Assembly: GCA_003524145.1 (NCBI GenBank)
Contig: DODZ01000020.1
Coordinates: 12,325-76,324 of the forward strand
Reading direction: 5' to 3'
Origin: Candidatus Apopatosoma intestinale
Lineage (GTDB): Bacteria; Bacillota; Clostridia; Oscillospirales; CAG-272
DNA: 64,000 bases
Both the position numbers and the translations under genes were made by a program. Of the stretch, positions 19,086-27,507 are shown in pieces (the first letter of the stretch is position 1; each line of letters begins with the position of its first letter). The notes under the pieces are model-generated. The model worked only from the letters and a program-made list of their open reading frames with translations, was not told the DNA's origin and ran no database searches.

Positions 19086-20522
19086 TTATCCTCTTGTGAT
19101 TTTTATACGCATTTCGGCACCGGGCTCATCGAGAACCTCTGCCTTGAGCTTCCAGCTTTTTGAAACGCCGTCGGGGAAGCGGTTCAGCGAATAAGAGCCG
19201 GATGCGGCGCCGCAATAGAGCGAAGAATCAAAAATTGCCGTTTGAGGATCGTCGGATTTATAGAAAAACGGATCGGAGGGTGTATCTTTTACATCATAGC
19301 AGGGACCGTATTTCACAAAATTGCCGTTTTCGTCCGTTATTTTCGCAAATGCGTTGCGAATGCGGATGGCGTTTCCGAGATCATGGCGCGGCATGCCGTT
19401 AGGACGGTTAGACGAGACGCATTGCGCCTTTGTAAACCATTCGCGGTTAATCTTTTCATCCACGAGCCAGAAAACTACGCCGCCTTTTGACTCGCCCGGG
19501 GTGAGTGCTTCCTCAAATCCCTCCTTGAGCCTTATTTCACAGAGGAAATATTCATCCGGATCGGGCGTGGGCACCTTGAGTATCTGATATTTGCCGGAGC
19601 AGGTGGAATGGAGCGTGTAAACGCCGTCATACGTTGCCTCCACTTCATCAGCCCAACCGAGATAATAGCGCTGATACGGGTCGATATAGGCGGGGCGCGT
19701 GCCTCCCGCGAGGTGATTTCCGCAGGACATGAGCGAGAAATTCAGCGGGAGCGGCCAACCGAAAACATAATCTGCGGGCGGAGTATAGCGGCAGTACATA
19801 TCCTGCGCGCCGACATTGTGTGCCAGCTCATGCGCGGGCGTGCCGATGGTAACAGGACCTTTTCCGCTGTGTTCGCCGACATTTGAAATGCGGACAACCT
19901 TTACACCGCCGCGCATTTCCACCTCTGTGGGCTGGCTTGTTCCGTGAACCATATAGCGATGTGTCGGAAGCGGCGCATTCTCGTAGTCCGGAGCCGTATA
20001 TTCCGGATCGGCTTTTGTTGTGGCATGGTCAAAGCCCGCATTGAGTATGATTATCGCAAGCTCATCGGGCGTTATGGTGCCGTCGCCGTTTTTATCGTAT
20101 TTGGCAAAATCTATGTAGGGGTCGCAGGCGGCAACTATATCATGAATAGCCTTTGCGGCGGCACTGCCGTTGTCATATCCCTCCAGATTGCGCAGTGCCG
20201 CGGGGTGGTTCAGCTTTACGGTTACGGCAAGCACGCCTTCCGGAGCATTTTCGCACTGCGGATGGTCGATATGTACGGGATAGAACCAGAATTTGCCCTG
20301 TGTCATTTCCTTATAGAAGTCCATCATGGAGTGGCAGTTCTCACCGAAAAATCTGTCATAACAATCGGCGGGTTTTGTCATAGCCCACTGCTCGCCGTAG
20401 TAGGGCGAGGTTTTGTCTGTCAGAAGCTCGGGATGCTCGGGTGTATAATGGCTTATTCCTTCGCCGCTCGGGTCAAAGCTTGCTATGACGATGAGCAACG
20501 GAGCAGGTACGATAGGTTTCAT
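19086..20522 (-). CDS. M6 (immune inhibitor A-like) family metalloprotease domain protein
   Basis: HExxH site TPAHELAHNVGAQDMY. The N-terminal PLLIVIASFDPSG and MDFYKEMTQGKFWF resemble the M6 domain. Also carries a DKNGDGTITPDELA Ca-binding-type loop. Internal ATG at 20522. Confidence 0.7.
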   Translation of the reverse strand: MKPIVPAPLLIVIASFDPSGEGISHYTPEHPELLTDKTSPYYGEQWAMTKPADCYDRFFGENCHSMMDFYKEMTQGKFWFYPVHIDHPQCENAPEGVLAVTVKLNHPAALRNLEGYDNGSAAAKAIHDIVAACDPYIDFAKYDKNGDGTITPDELAIIILNAGFDHATTKADPEYTAPDYENAPLPTHRYMVHGTSQPTEVEMRGGVKVVRISNVGEHSGKGPVTIGTPAHELAHNVGAQDMYCRYTPPADYVFGWPLPLNFSLMSCGNHLAGGTRPAYIDPYQRYYLGWADEVEATYDGVYTLHSTCSGKYQILKVPTPDPDEYFLCEIRLKEGFEEALTPGESKGGVVFWLVDEKINREWFTKAQCVSSNRPNGMPRHDLGNAIRIRNAFAKITDENGNFVKYGPCYDVKDTPSDPFFYKSDDPQTAIFDSSLYCGAASGSYSLNRFPDGVSKSWKLKAEVLDEPGAEMRIKITRG

Positions 20523-20660
20523 AACAAATATTCCTTTCCGAAAAGGGAAAATATCCTTTTTACAGTCAGTAATTTTAGCACACAAAGCCTGCCGTGTCAA
20601 TAGCGCGGAAATTTTTTCTTCAAAAATCGGCAAAAGGCGGTGTTGCCACGGAGAAAAATA

Positions 20661-20689
20661 TTGACTTTACGGAGCTTTTGCGATATACT
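20661..20689 (+). promoter_or_regulatory. sigma-A-type promoter, TTGACT-17-TATACT
   Basis: TTGACT at 20661-20666, a 17-nt spacer, and TATACT at 20684-20689, about 160 nt upstream of the EamA gene. Confidence 0.5.
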
Positions 20690-20851
20690 GTATAAAAAGA
20701 AGGAGGGTGAAAATGGAGATTTTTTATGATTCATTCCGATTTATTTTTGAAGTGGCCGAATTTTTTTGCAAATGCGAAGGTGCTCCGTGATTTTTGCGAT
20801 GATTCGATTTTTCAGATAAACATTACAAAATTCAAGGAGATTTAATAGATT

Positions 20852-21769
20852 ATGTGGTTTTGGCTTTCAATTGTAACGATACTCTTCTGGAGCGGCTCGG
20901 ATGTTTTTTCCAAGATGGGCTCTAAGGAAAACGATAAACTCAGCCATTGGAAAATGGTATTTTTCGTAGGACTTGTAATGGGCATTCATGCCGTTGTCCT
21001 GCTGATAACAGGTGCAGAATTTAAGCTCGCCGATATCATAACATATCTGCCCGCTTCGTTCCTTTATATTCTTTCGATGATACTCGGCTATGTCGGGCTT
21101 CGTTATATCATGCTTTCGGTTTCTTCGCCGATATGCAATTCCTCGGGCGCTCTCGCCTGTGTGCTTCTGATGGTAGTGCTGAAGGAATTTCCGGAAAATC
21201 CGCTTCAGTATGTCGGTCTTGTGCTTGTCTGTGTAGGTGTTGTGGCGCTCGCCATTCTCGAACAGAAGAAGGATAAAGAAGCTCGCGAGAGACTCAGCGA
21301 AGAAGAAAAGAAAAAGTATTCAAAGGGTTTCATCGCCGTAATGTTTCCGATATTCTATTGTATAATAGATGCGCTCGGTACATTTGTGGACGGATATCTG
21401 CTCGGTGATTATGAGGGCATGCCCGCAAAAATAGAAGAGACAGCAGGGCTTATCGCATATGAACTGACATTCCTGCTTATGGCAGTATTTGCTTTTATTT
21501 ATGTTGTGGCTATCCGCCGCGAGAAAATCTCGTTCTCCGGCGAGAAGCCGAAGATTGCAGCCGCAGTCTGCGAAACGGCAGGTCAGGTTGCATATACTTA
21601 TGCTATAGCGGCAAATTCCGTGGTTGCCGCGCCCATGATATCGACATACTGCGTATTTTCGCTTATCTGGGCAAGAATATTACTGAAGGAGAAGCTTACA
21701 AAGGCGCAGTATCTTGTGCTTGCCATAGCCTTGGCGGGTATACTGATACTCGGCGTTTTTGATGCATGA
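20852..21769 (+). CDS. EamA/DMT superfamily transporter
   Basis: 305 aa with about 10 predicted TM segments in two halves, typical of DMT/EamA proteins. AAGGAG RBS. Confidence 0.8.
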   Translation: MWFWLSIVTILFWSGSDVFSKMGSKENDKLSHWKMVFFVGLVMGIHAVVLLITGAEFKLADIITYLPASFLYILSMILGYVGLRYIMLSVSSPICNSSGALACVLLMVVLKEFPENPLQYVGLVLVCVGVVALAILEQKKDKEARERLSEEEKKKYSKGFIAVMFPIFYCIIDALGTFVDGYLLGDYEGMPAKIEETAGLIAYELTFLLMAVFAFIYVVAIRREKISFSGEKPKIAAAVCETAGQVAYTYAIAANSVVAAPMISTYCVFSLIWARILLKEKLTKAQYLVLAIALAGILILGVFDA

Positions 21770-22664
21770 TTTTATGGAGAAAAACGAAACCGGCTTTCTT
21801 TGCGAGGTGGCGGAGAGGCTCGGAAATATCAGAAAAGAAAATACCGACATCTTTGATTTTTCGGGCGCGTCACTGCCGGACAGAGATGCGGTGATTGATT
21901 TTATACATAGCCTGAAAAGGGTGCTTTTTCTCGGCTATTTCGGCGAAGCGTCGCACACGCGGGAAAGCGCCGGGAGGACAACGGAGCAGGGCATAAGGCA
22001 TATTTACGAAACGCTGAAAAATCAGCTGTGCCTTGCCTTTCGCATGGAGCACAGGGATTGCAGATGCAGATACGCTGCAGAGATAGCGGGGGATTTTATC
22101 TGCCGTATACCCGCGCTCGAGGAGGCTATGCTGCTTGATCTCGAGGCGGCGTTTGTCGGCGACCCTGCGGCAAAGAGCAAAAGCGAGATAATATGCTCTT
22201 ATCCGGGTTTTCTCGCGATATTCGTATACCGTGCCGCACATATACTCTATGAGGCGGGCGTGCCTCTTATTCCGAGAATAATGACGGAATATGCGCACAG
22301 CCGCACCGGTATAGACATAAACGCGGGTGCTACGATAGGAAGAAGCTTTTTCATAGACCACGGCACAGGCGTCGTAATAGGCGAAACGACCGTTATCGGA
22401 GATAATGTAAAGATATATCAGGGCGTGACGCTCGGTGCGCTTTCCACAAGGCTGGGGCGTAAGCTCGGCGGCAAAAAGCGTCATCCCACAATAGAAAACG
22501 ATGTGACAATCTATTCGGGCGCGACAATCCTCGGCGGCGATACCGTTATAGGAGAGGGAAGCGTCATCGGCGGAAACGTATTTATAACGGAATCAGTGCC
22601 GAAAAACATGCGCGTATCAATGAAGGCGCCCGAGCTTGTTTACAAAGAGGGGAAGCATGAGTAA
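21759..22664 (+). CDS. cysE: serine O-acetyltransferase CysE
   Basis: Hexapeptide region GIDINAGATIGRSFFIDHGTGVVIGETTVIGDNVKIYQGVTLGA...KRHPTIENDVTIYSGATILGG. Overlaps the end of the EamA gene by 11 nt. Confidence 0.85.
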   Translation: MMHDFMEKNETGFLCEVAERLGNIRKENTDIFDFSGASLPDRDAVIDFIHSLKRVLFLGYFGEASHTRESAGRTTEQGIRHIYETLKNQLCLAFRMEHRDCRCRYAAEIAGDFICRIPALEEAMLLDLEAAFVGDPAAKSKSEIICSYPGFLAIFVYRAAHILYEAGVPLIPRIMTEYAHSRTGIDINAGATIGRSFFIDHGTGVVIGETTVIGDNVKIYQGVTLGALSTRLGRKLGGKKRHPTIENDVTIYSGATILGGDTVIGEGSVIGGNVFITESVPKNMRVSMKAPELVYKEGKHE

Positions 22665-23331
22665 ATACAGGGCGGTTATTTTTGATCTCGACGGTACTTT
22701 GCTGAATACCATAGATGATCTCGCGGCGGGTGTAAACCATGTGCTTGCTTTGCACGGCTATCCGGTGCACAGTGTGCCCGAGGTGCAGAGCATGGTCGGA
22801 AACGGAGTGGCACGGCTGATGGCGCTTGCCGTTCCCGAGGGAACGGCGGCGGAGGAGCAGAGCGCAATGCTCGCGGAATTTCGCGAATATTATTTCAGCC
22901 ACAGCGAGGTTTATACAAAGCCGTATGACGGCATAGAGGAGCTGCTCGCGGGTCTGCAAAGCCGCGGGATAAAGACTGCGGTGACATCCAATAAATTCGA
23001 TGCCGCGGTAAAGAAGCTCTGCGATAAATATTTCGGTTCTCTCATCACCGTCGCCATAGGCGAGAGCGCGGACACGCCGAAAAAACCTGACCCGAAAATG
23101 GTGGAAAAGGCACTCGCACTTCTCGGCGTCGGTGCGGACGAGGCACTTTACGTCGGAGACTCGGAAGTCGATATAGTGACGGCGAAAAATGCCGGTCTTG
23201 CTTCCGTCAGCTGTACATGGGGCTTCAAATCGCGGGAATTTCTTATTTCCGAGAGGAAAAAAGTGCTCGGTAATGCCGACCCTCGCATGATGATAGACGA
23301 GCCGAGCGAACTTTTTTCGGCAATGGAATGA
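22657..23331 (+). CDS. HAD-family phosphatase (phosphoglycolate phosphatase-like)
   Basis: Internal ATG at 22657 preceded by GAGGGGAAG. HAD motif I AVIFDLDGTLLNT, plus SNK and GDSEVD motifs. Confidence 0.75.
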   Translation: MSKYRAVIFDLDGTLLNTIDDLAAGVNHVLALHGYPVHSVPEVQSMVGNGVARLMALAVPEGTAAEEQSAMLAEFREYYFSHSEVYTKPYDGIEELLAGLQSRGIKTAVTSNKFDAAVKKLCDKYFGSLITVAIGESADTPKKPDPKMVEKALALLGVGADEALYVGDSEVDIVTAKNAGLASVSCTWGFKSREFLISERKKVLGNADPRMMIDEPSELFSAME

Positions 23332-23349
23332 GTTTTTACAAAATATCTA

Positions 23350-23378
23350 TTTACAAAATCGCATTTTTAGGGTAGAAT
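23350..23378 (+). promoter_or_regulatory. sigma-A-type promoter, TTTACA-17-TAGAAT
   Basis: TTTACA at 23350-23355, a 17-nt spacer, and TAGAAT at 23373-23378, upstream of pyrH. Confidence 0.5.
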
Positions 23379-23421
23379 TAGACAGTAAAGTAAATTTCTG
23401 TACCCGAAGGAGAAAAACATC

Positions 23422-24135
23422 ATGAAACCATGCTACAAAAGGGTGCTTGTCAAGCTCTCGGGAGAGGCTCTCTCAGCAGGCTCGGACGGCATCTTCAACT
23501 ACGATTTTATAGACGAGGTGTGTCGCGTGATAAAAAAGTGCGTTGACGCGGGCACACAGGTCAGCATCGTTGTCGGCGCCGGCAATATCTGGAGAGGCAG
23601 ACAGGGCGTGAATATGGACCGCACCAGAGCCGACCACATGGGTATGCTTGCCACTGTTATAAACTGCCTTGCGCTTCAGGACTCGCTTGAAAAGCTCGGT
23701 GTGGATACGCGCGTGATGACGGCTGTAGAAATGCAGCGCTTTGCCGAGCCGTATATCAGAAACAAAGCCGTTTCACATCTGAATAAGGGCAGAGTAGTAA
23801 TATTCGGATGCGGAATAGGAAGTCCGTTTTTCTCTACGGATACGGCGGCTGTGCTCCGCGCGGCTGAGATAAATGCCGATATCGTTTTGCTTGCAAAGAA
23901 TGTAGACGGCGTTTATACGGCGGACCCGAAGATTGATCCGACGGCAAAGAAGCTCTCAAATATCGATTATATCGATATTCTCAAAGAGGGTCTGAAGGCT
24001 CTCGACTTCACGGCAACATCCTTCAGTATGGAAAATCATATACCGATACTTCTCTTTGGTCTCGATGACCCGGAAAACATCTATAAAGCCGTTTGCGGCG
24101 AAAAAATAGGAACAATAGTAGGAGGAAACAAATAA
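23422..24135 (+). CDS. pyrH: UMP kinase PyrH
   Basis: [12 protein letters not shown] and [10 protein letters not shown] motifs. Conserved pyrH-frr synteny. Confidence 0.93.
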   Translation: MKPCYKRVLVKLSGEALSAGSDGIFNYDFIDEVCRVIKKCVDAGTQVSIVVGAGNIWRGRQGVNMDRTRADHMGMLATVINCLALQDSLEKLGVDTRVMTAVEMQRFAEPYIRNKAVSHLNKGRVVIFGCGIGSPFFSTDTAAVLRAAEINADIVLLAKNVDGVYTADPKIDPTAKKLSNIDYIDILKEGLKALDFTATSFSMENHIPILLFGLDDPENIYKAVCGEKIGTIVGGNK

Positions 24136-24689
24136 TGAAACTCGATGTCAAGGAATTTGAAACAAAAATGCAGAAATCCATCGCTTCTTACGAATATGAG
24201 CTCAGCTCTATACGCGTCGGAAGAGCAAGTGCACAGGTTCTCAATAAGATAAGCGTTGACTACTGGGGCACACCCACACCCATCGCTCAGATGGCTGAGG
24301 TTAAGACAACGGATGCGAGAACTCTGCTGATAACACCTTGGGATGCTTCCTCGCTCAAAAATATCGAGCGCGCCATTCAGGAGAGCGATCTCGGTATCAA
24401 CCCGCAGAACGACGGAAAGACTATCCGCCTCGTTTTCCCCGCGCTCACTGAGGAGAGGCGTCTTGAGCTTAAAAAGCAGGTTTCCAAAATGGGCGAAGAG
24501 GCAAAGGTTGCCATCCGCAATGTGCGCAGAGAGGCAAACGACAAGATAAAGACTATGAAGAAAAATTCAGAAATGACTGAGGACGAACAGAAGGCTTCCG
24601 AAAAGGATACGCAGGATCTGACCGACAAGTATATCAAGATTGTTGACGATGTAACTGCGAAAAAAGACCGAGAGGTTATGGAAATCTGA
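24135..24689 (+). CDS. frr: ribosome recycling factor Frr
   Basis: ATG at 24135 overlaps the pyrH stop (TAATG) and follows GGAGGA. 184 aa with the typical RRF sequence SIRVGRASAQVLNKISVDYWG. Confidence 0.93.
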   Translation: MKLDVKEFETKMQKSIASYEYELSSIRVGRASAQVLNKISVDYWGTPTPIAQMAEVKTTDARTLLITPWDASSLKNIERAIQESDLGINPQNDGKTIRLVFPALTEERRLELKKQVSKMGEEAKVAIRNVRREANDKIKTMKKNSEMTEDEQKASEKDTQDLTDKYIKIVDDVTAKKDREVMEI

Positions 24690-24765
24690 GAAAGCGGCAC
24701 AGTGGGCTGTCGTACCCGATGCTTATGCGTCATAGGGACGGCAGCCCTGTCGATAAAAGGGATTT

Positions 24766-25473
24766 ATGAGCGATTCTTTGAAAAATGCTCCGGATATCAG
24801 CGGTATAAAGCATATAGCCATAATAATGGACGGTAACGGCAGATGGGCAAAAAAGCGCCTGATGCCGCGTGAATACGGTCACAGCTACGGGGCGAAAAAC
24901 TTCAAGAAGATAGTCCGCCATTGCGGCGAGATAGGTATAGAGAATATCACCGTATATGCCTTTTCCACGGAAAACTGGAAGCGTCCGAAAAAGGAGGTCG
25001 ATGAGATAATGCGTCTCATGCGCGAATACGTCGACCAGATGAAAAAGGACTTCGAGCATGAGGATATCAGGCTTTGCTTCATCGGCAGCAGAGAGCCATT
25101 TTCGCCTGAGCTTCAAGCCGATATGGAATATCTCGAGCGCGTCACCGCAGAGAGAAAATGCAGGCTCTGCATAGCAGTAAATTACGGCGGCAGGGCGGAG
25201 ATAGTTGATGCCGTAAACAAGCTGATAGCAGAGGGAAAGACGAAAATAACGGAAGCTGATATCACAGAGAATATCTATTCCGGAATTTGCCCTCCGCCGG
25301 ATATCATTATCCGTACAGGCGGGGAATACAGACTCTCAAATTTTCTCCTCTGGCAGTCGTCATATGCGGAGCTTTTCTTTTCACCGACGCTCTGGCCTGA
25401 TTTTACCGAGGAGGAAATCGATTCCGTAATAGAAGAATTTCATAAAAGAAAGAGAAGATTCGGAGGCGTTTGA
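24766..25473 (+). CDS. uppS: isoprenyl transferase / undecaprenyl-diphosphate synthase UppS
   Basis: HIAIIMDGNGRWA and RLSNFLLWQSSYAELFF. Confidence 0.93.
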   Translation: MSDSLKNAPDISGIKHIAIIMDGNGRWAKKRLMPREYGHSYGAKNFKKIVRHCGEIGIENITVYAFSTENWKRPKKEVDEIMRLMREYVDQMKKDFEHEDIRLCFIGSREPFSPELQADMEYLERVTAERKCRLCIAVNYGGRAEIVDAVNKLIAEGKTKITEADITENIYSGICPPPDIIIRTGGEYRLSNFLLWQSSYAELFFSPTLWPDFTEEEIDSVIEEFHKRKRRFGGV

Positions 25474-25474
25474 T

Positions 25475-26314
25475 ATGAAAAAGCGCATTATCACGGCGAT
25501 AGTTTGTCTCGCACTTCTGGTGCCGACACTGATTTTTTCCGATACTTGGGTTTTTCCAGCAGTCATGACGCTGCTCGCGCTGATTGCAGTATATGAAATA
25601 TGCGGTTGCATAGGCGTGCGAAAGGCTTTCTTTATTTCGATACCGGCTTATATCGTTACGGCGGCTGTAATGCTGCTGATAATTTACTGCCGCGACAAAA
25701 AGCTCTTCCTGCCGATAGTTTGCGCTTCGGCTCTCGCTTTCATGTTTATAGTTTTCACTGTATCCATGCTGTCGAGCGGGAATATCCGCTTTTCGCAGTC
25801 GGCTGAGCTTGTTTCGTTCACTGCATATATAATAACGGGCTTTCTCTCAATTCTGCTCCTGCGTGAAGCCGATATGGGAAAATATCTCTATCTGCTCGTT
25901 TTCATCGGCGCATGGTCAACGGATACGGGCGCTTATTTTGCAGGAGTGCTTTTCGGCAAGCATAAGCTTATACCGGAGGTCAGTCCGAAAAAGACGGTCG
26001 AGGGTGCTTTCGGCGGCGTGCTCGGCTGTGTGCTCGGCTTTGTGATATATGGCTTCATTATATCGAAAAGACATCCGGAAATCTCCGTGAATTATCTTTT
26101 GCTGGTGCTTCTGGCGCTTGCCGTGGCTGTTATTTCTCAGCTCGGCGACCTTATCGCATCGTTTGTCAAGCGTGAGCAGGGAATAAAGGATTTCGGCTTC
26201 ATCTTTCCGGGGCACGGCGGCGTGCTGGACAGATTTGATTCCATAATCGCCGTGGCACCGCTTATATACATAGCTTCGCTCTTTGTGACGAAGGATATAT
26301 TTACTTTTATTTAA
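25475..26314 (+). CDS. cdsA: phosphatidate cytidylyltransferase CdsA
   Basis: Signature SFVKREQGIKDFGFIFPGHGGVLDRFDS in a polytopic protein. Confidence 0.9.
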   Translation: MKKRIITAIVCLALLVPTLIFSDTWVFPAVMTLLALIAVYEICGCIGVRKAFFISIPAYIVTAAVMLLIIYCRDKKLFLPIVCASALAFMFIVFTVSMLSSGNIRFSQSAELVSFTAYIITGFLSILLLREADMGKYLYLLVFIGAWSTDTGAYFAGVLFGKHKLIPEVSPKKTVEGAFGGVLGCVLGFVIYGFIISKRHPEISVNYLLLVLLALAVAVISQLGDLIASFVKREQGIKDFGFIFPGHGGVLDRFDSIIAVAPLIYIASLFVTKDIFTFI

Positions 26315-26326
26315 AGGGCTTTTCCA

Positions 26327-27481
26327 ATGGATAAAAAAAGTATTACACTGCTGGGCTCGACAGGCTCGATAGGCGTGCAGGCGCTTGAAGTGGCGGCTTT
26401 TCACGGCATGAATATCGAGGCACTCTGCTTCGGCTCAAATATAAAACTCGGAGAAGCGCAGGTGAGAAAATTTTCACCGCGCTTTTGCGCCGTTTTTGAC
26501 GAAAAGGCGGCGCTTGATCTGAAAACGCGCATTGCCGATACGGAAACGGAGATTTTCTGCGGAACGGACGGTATATGCGAGATGACAGAGGCGGCAGGCA
26601 GCGATATCTGTCTCAATGCGATAAGCGGCTTTGCAGGGCTTTTACCGACGATGAGCGCAGTGAAAAGCTGCCGCCGCATAGCGCTGGCAAATAAGGAAAC
26701 CCTCGTCGCCGCAGGCGATATCGTCATGGGCGCGGCAAAGGAGCACGGATGTGAGATAGTTCCCATTGACAGCGAGCACAGCGCCATTTTTCAGTGCCTT
26801 CAGGCAGGGAAGAGGGACGAGGTGAAAAGACTGATTCTCACCTGCTCGGGCGGAGCCTTTTTCGGCTATACAAAGGAAAAGCTTGCCACTGTTACAAGAG
26901 AGCAGGCACTCGGTCATCCGACATGGAACATGGGTGCGAAGATAACCATAGACTGCGCCACTCTCATGAACAAGGGCTTGGAGCTGATAGAGGCAATGCA
27001 TCTCTTTTCCGTTCCCGCCTCGAAAACAGACATTGTTATTCACCGCGAAAGCATAATACATTCGATGGTGGAATACATTGATAATACGGTTATGGCGCAG
27101 CTCGGTTCGCATGATATGCGCTTGCCTATACAGTATGCGCTGACTTATCCCGATAGGGCGGAGGCGGCGGGAGAGCACCTCGACCTTGTCGGTCTCGGCA
27201 GGCTCTCGTTCTTCTCACCCGACTATGAGACATTTCCTCTGCTCGGGCTTGCGCGGCGTATGGCAGAGGCGGGCGGAAATATGCCATGTGTCATGAATGC
27301 CGCAAACGAGGAGGCTGTAGGGCTTTTCCTCTCGGGCAGAATACTCTTTCCCGAGATACCGGAGCTTGTAATGCGCGTATGCGAGGAGACCGCACGCATC
27401 GAAAAGCCTTCGCTTTCCGATATTATAGAAGAAAACATGCGCGCACGCGCTCTCACCGCAAATTATGCGGCATCACGCTGA
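26327..27481 (+). CDS. dxr: 1-deoxy-D-xylulose-5-phosphate reductoisomerase Dxr
   Basis: LLGSTGSIGVQAL, PIDSEHSAIFQCL, NMGAKITIDCATLMNKGLE. Confidence 0.93.
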   Translation: MDKKSITLLGSTGSIGVQALEVAAFHGMNIEALCFGSNIKLGEAQVRKFSPRFCAVFDEKAALDLKTRIADTETEIFCGTDGICEMTEAAGSDICLNAISGFAGLLPTMSAVKSCRRIALANKETLVAAGDIVMGAAKEHGCEIVPIDSEHSAIFQCLQAGKRDEVKRLILTCSGGAFFGYTKEKLATVTREQALGHPTWNMGAKITIDCATLMNKGLELIEAMHLFSVPASKTDIVIHRESIIHSMVEYIDNTVMAQLGSHDMRLPIQYALTYPDRAEAAGEHLDLVGLGRLSFFSPDYETFPLLGLARRMAEAGGNMPCVMNAANEEAVGLFLSGRILFPEIPELVMRVCEETARIEKPSLSDIIEENMRARALTANYAASR

Positions 27482-27507
27482 TTTTACCGCTGAAACGGAG
27501 ATTATTT

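Noticed and set aside
20634-20851. An S-box (SAM) riboswitch or a Cys T-box upstream of eamA-cysE.
   Set aside because: The region is only about 160 nt after the promoter. It lacks the conserved S-box helices and the T-box sequence (AGGGTGGNACCGCG-like).
27286-27507. The N-terminal extension of the rseP ORF. Similar ORF-track extensions occur at 1508-1549, 2522-2536, 12466-12519, 14668-14754, 20523-20633 (minus), 22636-22656, 24093-24134, 36924-37112 (minus), 45070-45090, 46263-46286, 51186-51221, 56079-56102 and 63259-63285.
   Set aside because: These extensions overlap upstream genes, terminators or riboswitch/promoter elements. In each case an internal ATG or GTG with a proper Shine-Dalgarno begins the recognisable protein (signal peptide or conserved N-terminal motif).
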